Assembly (NCBI GenBank): GCA_037133055.1
Contig: JBAXOY010000001.1
Coordinates: forward strand, 1 to 64,000
Source of the DNA: Chlamydiota bacterium
GTDB lineage: Bacteria; Auribacterota; Tritonobacteria; UBA1439
Direction: 5' to 3'
Length of the DNA stretch: 64,000 nucleotides
The number at the start of each line of letters is the position of its first letter. Position 1 is the first letter of the stretch. The notes below the pieces were generated by a model that saw only the letters and a list, made by a program, of their open reading frames with translations, was not told the origin of the DNA and did not search any database. Positions 1 through 8,211 of the stretch are shown piece after piece. Both the position numbers and the translations under genes were made by a program.

Positions 1-136
1 CGAACCGAGAGAAGAGCCGCGCCGAGCGCCGTACGCCGCAGGACGGGCAGGCGGTGCGTGCCGGTTTCGCGGCGATACGCTCCAGGACCTCGAAAACCTT
101 TCCGCAGGAGGCGCAGCGGTATTCGTAAATGGGCAT
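1..136 (-). CDS. FmdB-family zinc-ribbon protein (runs off window edge; not in ORF track)
   Basis: Hand translation from ATG at 136: MPIYEYRCASCGKVFEVLERIAAKPARTACPSCG...; MPIYEY + CxxC...CxxC signature; GGAGGAG RBS upstream. Confidence 0.85.
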   Translation of the reverse strand, partial: MPIYEYRCASCGKVFEVLERIAAKPARTACPSCGVRRSARLFSRF

Positions 137-344
137 CCGGGCGGACTCCTCCGACCGAGTATAGCAGCCCTTTGACAAATGCAAGAGCGGAAAATTCCAC
201 GCGCTCTTCTTCCGCTCTCCCCTTGAGGGGGAGCCTGCCGGCAGGCAGGAGCCGGGGTGGCGGGTGGAAAGACACCGCATGCCGGAGGCATCACCGCGGG
301 CACACGGATGCCAGGCACACGGACACCATGCACGCGGATGCCTT

Positions 345-374
345 TTGACGATGCCCCGGGCGCGGTGCTACACT
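345..374 (+). promoter_or_regulatory. Putative sigma70 promoter of AOR operon
   Basis: TTGACG-18 bp-TACACT with TGn extended -10. Confidence 0.5.
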
Positions 375-425
375 ATGCGGCGGTGTGGCGCAGCCATGTC
401 TTTTGAACGGGAGGAGTGTCCTTCC

Positions 426-2291
426 ATGGGTTACGGATACTGGGGCGGATTGCTCACCGTCGATCTCTCGACCGGCGCGATCGGGCGACGAGAGATTGCG
501 GAGGCGGAGTGCAGGAAGTACCTCATGGGGAGCGGGCTCGCCGCCCGGATGCTCTACGACGAGCTCGACACCTCCCGCGACCCGCTCGACCCGCGGAACA
601 GCCTCATCTTCATCCGAGGCCTCCTGAACGGCCTTGTCCTCCCGGGCTGCAGCAAGTTCAACGTCTGCGCCCGCTCTCCGCTCACCGGGATATGGGGAGA
701 ATCCGTCGCGGGCGGCCATTTCCACCAGCAGTTCAGCGCGGCCGGGTGGGACGGCATCGTCTTCACCGGGGCCTCGACGAAGCCGGTCTACCTCTGGCTT
801 GACGACGACAGGGCCGAGCTTCGCGACGCCTCGCACCTCTGGGGGCTCGACACCTTCGAGACGAGCGCGAAGTTGAAAGCGGAGACCGACCCGAAGGCGA
901 TCGTCGCGTGCATCGGGCCCGCCGGTGAGAACGGGGTCCTTTACGCCGCGATCATGTTCGACGGGCTCATCGCCCGCGCCGCCGGCCGCTGCGGCATGGG
1001 GACGGTGATGGGCTCGAAAAACCTGAAGGCCCTCGTCGTCCGGGGGACGAAGAAGGTTCCGGTCAGGGACCCGGATGGGCTCAAGGCCGCGCTCAAGGAG
1101 CAGATCCCCGGCATCCTCGCGGCGGCGAAGGGGCTGACGGACTTTTCGACCGCGGGCGGCGTCGAGGCGGTGGAGCTCCACGGCGACCTCCCGATCAAGA
1201 ACTGGTACGAGGGGAGCTGGAAGGAGGATGCCCTGAAGATATGCGGGCAGACGTTCCTCCCGAAAACGCTCGACCGGCACTACGCCTGCTTCGGATGCCC
1301 GATCCGTTGCGCGAAGATCGTCAAACTCGACTCCGGGCCCTGGGCGCCCCTCCACGGCCACGGGCCCGAGTACGAGACCCTCGCGGCGTTCGGGTCGATG
1401 TGCCTTGTGAACGACTACGAGGCGATCATGGCCGCAAACGAGCGGTGCAACCGGCTCGGGATGGACACGATCTCCTGCGGCGGCACGGTCGCCTTCGCAA
1501 TCGAGGCGTATGAGAAGGGCGTCATAGGCCCGTCCGACACCGACGGGCTCGATCTCAAGTGGGGGAATGCCCCCGCGATCGTCGAGCTCGTGGGGCGCAT
1601 CGCCCGCCGCGAGGGAGCGCTCGCGACGCTTCTGGGGCGCGGCGTGAGGCAGGCGGCGGAGAAGATCGGCAAGGGCTCTGAGGAATGGGCGGTCCACACC
1701 AAGGGGCTCGAGTACCCGTACCACGACCCGCGCGCCTTCACCTGCATGGCGGCGAACTACGCGACCGGCGCGCGCGGCGCCTGCCACCTCGAGGCGCTGA
1801 GCTACTTCCTCGGCCGGGGTGTCCCCTGCCCCGACATGGGCTACACCACGCCCCCGGACCCGCACACGAACGAGGGGAAGGGAAAGATCTGCTACGACAT
1901 GCAGAACTTCCAGGGGCTCTTCAACGCGCTCGGGCTCTGCAAATTCCTCTTCCTCGGACGCGTGGGGCCGAAGATGATCAGCGGGTGGGTCAATTTCGTG
2001 ACCGGCTGGGACACCGCGATGGAGGAACTGCTCCTCACCTCCGAGCGCCTGATCACCCTGAAGCGCATGTACAACGTCCGCCTCGGTATCCGAAGGAAAG
2101 ACGACATTTTGCCCCCGCGGCTTGCTGGGCACGCGCGCCCGGACGGGAGGGCGAAGGGAGTCCTCCCCGACGTGGACCGGATGGTGGGAGAACTTTACGC
2201 CTTCCGCGGCTGGGATTCCGACGGCGTCCCGACCGAGGCCGCCGCGAAACGGCTGGGGATCGAGGAGGAGCACCGGGTGATGCGGAGATAA
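426..2291 (+). CDS. aor: Aldehyde:ferredoxin oxidoreductase family (W/Mo-pterin)
   Basis: LLTVDLS N-terminus, RSPLTG, GRCGMGTVMGSKNLKA, CxxCxxxC (CFGCPIRC), GPEYET, GMDTIS, RGACH; GGAGGAG RBS before ATG 426. Confidence 0.93.
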   Translation: MGYGYWGGLLTVDLSTGAIGRREIAEAECRKYLMGSGLAARMLYDELDTSRDPLDPRNSLIFIRGLLNGLVLPGCSKFNVCARSPLTGIWGESVAGGHFHQQFSAAGWDGIVFTGASTKPVYLWLDDDRAELRDASHLWGLDTFETSAKLKAETDPKAIVACIGPAGENGVLYAAIMFDGLIARAAGRCGMGTVMGSKNLKALVVRGTKKVPVRDPDGLKAALKEQIPGILAAAKGLTDFSTAGGVEAVELHGDLPIKNWYEGSWKEDALKICGQTFLPKTLDRHYACFGCPIRCAKIVKLDSGPWAPLHGHGPEYETLAAFGSMCLVNDYEAIMAANERCNRLGMDTISCGGTVAFAIEAYEKGVIGPSDTDGLDLKWGNAPAIVELVGRIARREGALATLLGRGVRQAAEKIGKGSEEWAVHTKGLEYPYHDPRAFTCMAANYATGARGACHLEALSYFLGRGVPCPDMGYTTPPDPHTNEGKGKICYDMQNFQGLFNALGLCKFLFLGRVGPKMISGWVNFVTGWDTAMEELLLTSERLITLKRMYNVRLGIRRKDDILPPRLAGHARPDGRAKGVLPDVDRMVGELYAFRGWDSDGVPTEAAAKRLGIEEEHRVMRR

Positions 2292-2303
2292 GGAGAACGA
2301 GCG

Positions 2304-4304
2304 GTGCACACACCACGGACCCTCGCCGGCGTTGCCGCGGCACTTTCCCTTTCCCTGCCCGGCCTCGTTTCCGCCGCGGGGGCGAAGGACGCTGAGTCCT
2401 CCTCCCACGCCTACGACGCGGCGCGCTACGAGCTTATCGAGACCTACCGTTATCCCGGTTTCGAGATCCTCCAGTTCAAGCTCCCGGTCCTCTCGCACTA
2501 CTCGTACATGCTCCTCTCCGGCGGGAAGGCGCTCGTGGTGGACCCCGGGCGCGACGTCTTCGCCTACCTCGATGCGGCGAAGAAGGAGAAGGCGGAGATT
2601 GCGGGCGTCTTCCTCACGCACTCGCACGCCGACTTCGTCGCGGGGCACATCGAGCTCGCGAAGCGGACCGGCTGCCCAATCTACGCACACAGGGAGAGCG
2701 GGGCCGAGTACGCCTTCACGCCCCTCTCAGACGGATCCGAGATCAGGGTCGGCGAGGCGCGCGTCCGCGCGGTCACCACGCCGGGGCACACGCCAGACGG
2801 GATCTGCGGCTACGTCTTCGGGCCGAAGAGCGGCGGAAGCCCGGAGGCGATCTTCACCGGCGACACCCTCTTCGTCGGGAGCGTCGGGAGGCCCGACCTC
2901 CTCGAGGGGAAGATGTCTGCGGCAGCCCTCGCCGACAGGCACTTCGACAGCTGGACTCAGAAGCTCTCGAAGGCGGGCGACGCGGCGCGGGTGCTCCCCG
3001 CGCACGGGGCGGGCTCCCTCTGCGGCGCTCACCTGAGCGACAGCCCGAGTTCGACGATCGGCGCGGAGAGGAACTCGAACCCCTACCTGAAGCACACGGC
3101 GCGCAGCGACTTCATTGCCGCGGTCCTCGAGGGGCTCCCCGAGGCGCCGCAGTACTTCACCCACACCGCGCGTCTGAACAGGCTGGGCCCCGAGCTCGTC
3201 GACTGGGACGCGCCGCCGCCCGAGACGCAAGCCGACGCCGCCCTCGCCGACCCGTCGCGCTTTTACGTGGTGGACCTCCGCGGCGCGGACGAGTACGCCG
3301 CGGGGCACATCCCGAATTCCGTGAACATCGCCCTGCGCGGCAGGATCGAAACATGGACCGGGATCATGGTGCCGTGGGAGACGATGCGGGAGGGGAAACT
3401 CGTCCTCTGCGGGAGCCCGGAAGAATTGAAGGAGGCCCTCTACCGGCTCAACAGGGTCGGTTACCGCGCCGGGGTCATCACGATGGATTCGTGGAGGAAG
3501 GCGGGACTCCCCCTCGCGAAGAGCGCGCTCGTGTCCCCGCAGGAACTGCACGCAACGATGCTGGACGGGACCGCCCCGATCATCGTCGACGTGCGCCTCC
3601 CGAGCGAGTGGATGGCGATGAGGATCGGAAACGTGGTGAACCTCCCCCTCACCCATCTCGACGAACTCTCCGGGAAGCTCGACCCTTCGCAACCGGTCGT
3701 GACCGTCTGCAACTCGGCCTACCGGTCGAGCATGGCGATGGGCGTGCTCGAGCGGAAGGGGTTCGCGAAGGTGCGCAGCATGACGGGCGGGAGCGAGGCA
3801 TGGAAAAAGGCCGGGCTTCCGGTATACGGGACGGAGGCGTCCGGTGCGACGCCTTACGTGCCCGTGCGGGCCATAAGGCTCCCCGAGCGTATCTCGCCTC
3901 CCGACCTGCACCGCATGATCACGGACCTTCCCGGCACCTTCGAACTCGTGGACATACGGCCCCCCGCGCAGTACGCCGACTACAGCCTCCCCGGATCGAA
4001 AAACGTCGACTTCGCGGAGCTGATCGGGAACGCGGCGTTCCTCGCGGGGCCGGCGCCGCTCGTCATCGTGGACAGGGACGGGACGCTCGCGATGGCCGCG
4101 GGGGGGATCATCTCCCAGAAGACGGAGCGCCCGGTAAAGGTGCTCACGGGAGGCCTCTCCGGGTACTGGGACGCGTCGATGTCGGGGAGATGGGAGGCCG
4201 CGCCCGGCGCGGGACGCCCGCCGGTCCCCGCGCCCGCGGCGGCCCCCGCCTCCGCCCCGGCGCCGCCTTCCGGGCCGCAGAAAAAGAAGAGCGCGGGGTG
4301 TTGA
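2304..4304 (+). CDS. Signal-peptide MBL-fold (persulfide dioxygenase/CstB-like) protein with three rhodanese domains and C-terminal Cys tail
   Basis: THSHADF, TPGHT, GDTLFVGSVGRPDL, PAHG; rhodanese motifs VVDLR..EYAAGHIPNS, IVDVR..CNSAYRS, LVDIR; hydrophobic N-terminus ending VSA; ends KKKSAGC. Confidence 0.85.
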   Translation: MHTPRTLAGVAAALSLSLPGLVSAAGAKDAESSSHAYDAARYELIETYRYPGFEILQFKLPVLSHYSYMLLSGGKALVVDPGRDVFAYLDAAKKEKAEIAGVFLTHSHADFVAGHIELAKRTGCPIYAHRESGAEYAFTPLSDGSEIRVGEARVRAVTTPGHTPDGICGYVFGPKSGGSPEAIFTGDTLFVGSVGRPDLLEGKMSAAALADRHFDSWTQKLSKAGDAARVLPAHGAGSLCGAHLSDSPSSTIGAERNSNPYLKHTARSDFIAAVLEGLPEAPQYFTHTARLNRLGPELVDWDAPPPETQADAALADPSRFYVVDLRGADEYAAGHIPNSVNIALRGRIETWTGIMVPWETMREGKLVLCGSPEELKEALYRLNRVGYRAGVITMDSWRKAGLPLAKSALVSPQELHATMLDGTAPIIVDVRLPSEWMAMRIGNVVNLPLTHLDELSGKLDPSQPVVTVCNSAYRSSMAMGVLERKGFAKVRSMTGGSEAWKKAGLPVYGTEASGATPYVPVRAIRLPERISPPDLHRMITDLPGTFELVDIRPPAQYADYSLPGSKNVDFAELIGNAAFLAGPAPLVIVDRDGTLAMAAGGIISQKTERPVKVLTGGLSGYWDASMSGRWEAAPGAGRPPVPAPAAAPASAPAPPSGPQKKKSAGC

Positions 4305-4339
4305 ACGCCGCATCAGAGGAGATTGCATTTAACGTCGGG

Positions 4340-4454
4340 ACGCAGATTTCGCAGATTGTCATGATGGACGCAGATACCACAACCGTCAAAGCTGGAAGTT
4401 TAAAGTAAAAAGGGTTCTATCCCTGCTATCCTGACGATCTGCGTTCATCTGCGT
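4340..4454. repeat. Imperfect inverted-repeat element built of CGCAGAT/ATCTGCG units
   Basis: Left ACGCAGATTTCGCAGATTGTCATGAT pairs with right ATCCTGACGATCTGCGTTCATCTGCGT around an AT-rich core. Confidence 0.7.
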
Positions 4455-4484
4455 GCTGCATTACTCTACGAGGATGTCACGCGT

Positions 4485-5009
4485 ATGGATATTCCGAGGA
4501 TTTCGAAGCGGCGGCCGTACATGAACCCGTACGTCGCCGGGATCATGCTCGGGGTAACCCTGCTCGCGTCGTTTCTGACGCTCGGGGCCGGCCTCGGCGC
4601 CTCCGGGGGCCTCGCGAGGGTCGCCGCATATCTCGAATCCCGAATCGCCCCCGCCCACACCGCCGCGACCGTGTACTTCGGGAAGTGGGGCCCGCAGCCG
4701 CTCCGCTACTACCTCGTCTTCATGCTCGGCGGGATTTTCCTTGGCGGCGCGATCTCCGCGATCTCCTCGCGCCGATTCTCGCTGCGCGTCGAGCGCGGCC
4801 ATGCCTGCGCCGCGCCCCGGAGGATATTCTTCGCCTTCGCGGGCGGAGTTCTTGCCGGGTGGGCGAGCCGGCTCGCCCAGGGGTGCACCTCGGGGCAGGC
4901 GCTCACCGGCGGGGCGCTCCTCCTCACGGGGAGCCTCGTCTTCATGGCCTGTGTGTTCGCGGGCGGCTACGCGGCCGCCCGGTTCGTGAGGAGCCAGTGG
5001 TATGATTGA
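4485..5009 (+). CDS. YeeE/YedE-family sulfur-compound transporter subunit
   Basis: MNPYVAG, GLGASG, RLAQGCTSG motif, several TM segments. Confidence 0.85.
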   Translation: MDIPRISKRRPYMNPYVAGIMLGVTLLASFLTLGAGLGASGGLARVAAYLESRIAPAHTAATVYFGKWGPQPLRYYLVFMLGGIFLGGAISAISSRRFSLRVERGHACAAPRRIFFAFAGGVLAGWASRLAQGCTSGQALTGGALLLTGSLVFMACVFAGGYAAARFVRSQWYD

Positions 5010-6114
5010 GACCTGTTTCGGGATCGGCGCGCTCGACTCGACGTACGCCTTCGCCGTCGCCGCCGTGATCGGGGGCTTCTTCGGCTTTTTTCTCGAGCAG
5101 GCGGGGTTCGGCAGTTCGAGGAAGCTCGCCGGGATCTTCTATTTCAGGGACATGACCGTGCTCAAGGTCATGTTCACCGCCCTCCTCACGGCGATGCTCG
5201 GCCTCTCCTACCTCACGGCGTTCGGCTGGGTGAAGGCGGAAAGCCTCTACCTCCTGCCCACGGTCTACGGGGCGCAGGTGGTCGGGGGGCTTGTCTTCGG
5301 GATCGGCTTTGTGATGGGCGGATGGTGCCCCGGCACGGCCGCCGCGGGCCTCGCCGCGGGAAAGATCGACGCCCTGATATTCCTCGCGGGTGCGGTCGCG
5401 GGATCGATCCTGTTCAACGAGATGTTCGGCTTTGTCGCGCCGCTCTACTCACTCGGCGGCCGCGGGGTGCAGTTCGTGTACGCTACGCTGGGCATGCCAA
5501 AGTCGGTCTTCGTTTTCGCGTTCACCGCCGCCGCGGTGATATGCTTCTGGTGCGCTGAATATGTCGAGCGAAAAATATCCGGCAGGGGGAAATACCTCTT
5601 CAGCCCCTTCCTCACCGTCTTCAGCCTCTGCCTGCTCCTCCTCGCCTGGGGCCTCTCGCTCATCATCCCGCCGGTATCCGGCGAGGCGGGGATCGAGTCG
5701 GGGATCATGGCGGATGTCGATTCGGGGAAGGACCACGTCGAGCCCGAGGAGCTCGCGGCGCGCCTGATGGCGGGGGACAAGGGCCTCGTGCTCGTGGACA
5801 TACGACCCGCGTCGGAGTACCGCGCGTTCCACATCTGCGGCGCGGTGAGCATGGAGATGCCGCGCCTTGCCGCGTACCTCGCGCCGCACAAGAACCGGGG
5901 AACGATCGTCCTCTACTCGAACGGCATGACGCACCCGGCCCAGGCGCGCGACTCGCTCGCCCGGATGGGATACCGGAACGTCTACATCCTCACCGACGGG
6001 CTGAACGGCTTCATCGCGCGGTGCCTGAAGCCCGCCTCGCTCCGCGACGAGCCGCTCACGCCCGAACAGGCAGCAAGGGTCGCCGCCTGGCGCAGGCGCT
6101 TCCTCGAACTCTGA
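5002..6114 (+). CDS. YeeE/YedE subunit fused to C-terminal rhodanese domain
   Basis: FGFFLEQAGF, GGWCPGT motif; LVDIRP..YRAFHI.GA rhodanese domain; overlaps upstream gene. Confidence 0.85.
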   Translation: MIETCFGIGALDSTYAFAVAAVIGGFFGFFLEQAGFGSSRKLAGIFYFRDMTVLKVMFTALLTAMLGLSYLTAFGWVKAESLYLLPTVYGAQVVGGLVFGIGFVMGGWCPGTAAAGLAAGKIDALIFLAGAVAGSILFNEMFGFVAPLYSLGGRGVQFVYATLGMPKSVFVFAFTAAAVICFWCAEYVERKISGRGKYLFSPFLTVFSLCLLLLAWGLSLIIPPVSGEAGIESGIMADVDSGKDHVEPEELAARLMAGDKGLVLVDIRPASEYRAFHICGAVSMEMPRLAAYLAPHKNRGTIVLYSNGMTHPAQARDSLARMGYRNVYILTDGLNGFIARCLKPASLRDEPLTPEQAARVAAWRRRFLEL

Positions 6115-6126
6115 CCCATCTTCTTC

Positions 6127-6153
6127 TGGGATTTGGGATTTGGGATTTGATTT
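6127..6153. repeat. (GGGATTT)n heptamer array
   Basis: TGGGATT x3 between convergent stop codons. Confidence 0.8.
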
Positions 6154-6154
6154 C

Positions 6155-7099
6155 CTACTCCCTCCTGTACGCCCTCAGCAGCGCCCCCGGGTAGGACGGA
6201 TCTCTCGCGAAGGCGACGAGGAGAAGGATCGTCACGAGGTACGGGAGAAGCAGGAGATACTGGTACGGCAGTACGGCGCCCGCCGCCTGGAGCCGGAGTT
6301 GGAGCGCATCGAACAACCCGAAAAGCAGGGCGCCGAGGAATATCCTTCCCGGGCGCCATTTCCCGAAGACGACGAGCGCGATCGCGACCCACCCGCGCCC
6401 CGCGACCATCCCCGGGAGGAACATGTTGAACTGGGCGACCGAGAGGAAGGCGCCGCCGACCGCCATCAGCCCCCCGCCAAGGACCACGCTCACGTAGCGC
6501 ACAAAAAAGACGTTGACCCCCATGGCGTCCGCCGCCTCCGGGTTCTCCCCCGTCGCGCGGAGCGCGAGCCCCCAGTGCGTCCGGTAGATGACAAGACCGA
6601 GGAGCGGCGCCATGAGGACCGCCAAATAGGTGAGCGCATACTGCTCGAAGAGGACGGGGCCGATGAAGGGGATTGACGCGAGGAGCGGTATCCTGACGAC
6701 CGCGAACGGCGCGACCTGCGGCGGCGTCGCGGGAGTCCCGATGATCAGGCGATAGAGGAAGAGGGCGAGGCCGGAGCTGAAGATGGTCAGACCGAGGCCG
6801 CTCACGTGCTGGGACACGCCGAGGGACACCACGAGCGCGGCGTGCACAAGGGCGAGGAGGGCGCCGCTCAAGAACGCGGCGGCGACGGCGAGCGGGAGGC
6901 TGCCGGTGAAGTATGCCGTGAGGAAGGCGGCGAGGGCGCCGAAAAACATGATCCCCTCGATCCCGAGGTTGAGCACCCCCGACCGCTCGGAGAGGCACTC
7001 GCCGAGCGCGGCGAAGAGGATCGGCGTGGCCATCCTGAGCATCGCCGCGAGAAGCCCGGCCAGGAACGCCGCCGTGAGTACCTCCGTCATTTGAACCAT
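6155..7099 (-). CDS. Nucleoside/purine ABC transporter permease
   Basis: ERSGVLNLGIEG, ATGENPEAADAMG, AGRGWVAIALVVFGKW. Confidence 0.9.
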   Translation of the reverse strand: MVQMTEVLTAAFLAGLLAAMLRMATPILFAALGECLSERSGVLNLGIEGIMFFGALAAFLTAYFTGSLPLAVAAAFLSGALLALVHAALVVSLGVSQHVSGLGLTIFSSGLALFLYRLIIGTPATPPQVAPFAVVRIPLLASIPFIGPVLFEQYALTYLAVLMAPLLGLVIYRTHWGLALRATGENPEAADAMGVNVFFVRYVSVVLGGGLMAVGGAFLSVAQFNMFLPGMVAGRGWVAIALVVFGKWRPGRIFLGALLFGLFDALQLRLQAAGAVLPYQYLLLLPYLVTILLLVAFARDPSYPGALLRAYRRE

Positions 7100-7152
7100 C
7101 CCCGATTCATATTCATCGCTATATCTTCATCCATGTCACACGGTAAAGACCG

Positions 7153-8211
7153 TCACGTGCGTCTCGTCACCCTCACCCGGCACTGCGTGAACACGAATAC
7201 CGCGCACATCACGAGGAGCACGATCCCCTGGATCACGTCCGCGAGGAAGACCGGGACGCCGGTGTAGCGGCTCATAAGCTCCGCGCCCGTGATGAGCACC
7301 CCGAAGAGGAGCGCGGCGCAGACGACCCCGAGCGCGTTGAGCCCGCCCAGCACGGCGATCACGACGCCCGCGTACCCGTAGTTGGGCGAAATCTTCTCGA
7401 CAAGGTCGTAGTGGAGCCCGATCACCTCCCCCACCCCGGCGAGCCCGGCGAGCCCCCCGCTCATGATCGCGGTGAGCACCACGGTCCGCGCGACCGGGAT
7501 CCCCGCATACCCGGCGGCCTTCGGGTTCGCACCGACCGCCGCGATCTCGAACCCGAGCACCGATCTCTTCATGACCCACCAGACCGCCGCGGCCGCCGCG
7601 AGCGCAACCAGCGCCCCCGCGTGAAGCCGGGTCCCCGCGATGAGGATCGGGTACCGGGCGGATTCGAGGATCGGGGGCGAGTTCGGCCACATGGTGCGCG
7701 GGTCCTTGAGCGGCCCGTCGAGGAGGGCCGAGATAATATAGATGACGATGTAGTTCGAGAGGAGGGTGACCACCACCTCGTCCACCTTGAGCCGCGCCTT
7801 GAGCATGCCGGCGCAGAGCGCCCAGGCGGCGCCGGCGGCGCACCCCGCGGCCATGATCACCGGCACGGCGAGCGCACGCGGGAGTGCCAGGTGAAGGCCG
7901 AGCACCGCCGCGCATAGGGCGCCGAGGTAGAGTTGCCCCTCGCCGCCGAGGTTGTAGAACCGCGCCTTGAAGGCCACGGCGGCCGCAAGCCCGGTGAGCA
8001 CGAGCGGCGTCGTCTTCACCGCGGTCTCGCCCAGGCTCGTCGGCGAGCCGAGCGCTCCGTAAAATATGTAGTAGAAGGCGGTGAACGGGTTCGCGCGCGC
8101 GAGGAGAATCAAAACGAACGAGAAGGCGAAGGAGATCGCCACCGCAATGAACGGGAGCGCGAGCCGCGCCCGGAATGAGATGGGCCCTCGCTTCTCGAGC
8201 CGTATCCTCAT
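7153..8211 (-). CDS. Nucleoside/purine ABC transporter permease
   Basis: YNLGGEGQ, EVVVTLLSNY, GANPKAAGYAG. Confidence 0.9.
   Translation of the reverse strand: MRIRLEKRGPISFRARLALPFIAVAISFAFSFVLILLARANPFTAFYYIFYGALGSPTSLGETAVKTTPLVLTGLAAAVAFKARFYNLGGEGQLYLGALCAAVLGLHLALPRALAVPVIMAAGCAAGAAWALCAGMLKARLKVDEVVVTLLSNYIVIYIISALLDGPLKDPRTMWPNSPPILESARYPILIAGTRLHAGALVALAAAAAVWWVMKRSVLGFEIAAVGANPKAAGYAGIPVARTVVLTAIMSGGLAGLAGVGEVIGLHYDLVEKISPNYGYAGVVIAVLGGLNALGVVCAALLFGVLITGAELMSRYTGVPVFLADVIQGIVLLVMCAVFVFTQCRVRVTRRT

Noticed and set aside
4299..4364. Cys-TGA at the end of the MBL-rhodanese gene as possible Cys-Sec read-through
   Set aside because: Only a weak hairpin follows, and read-through runs into a repeat element giving a non-protein-like tail; a plain stop is more likely
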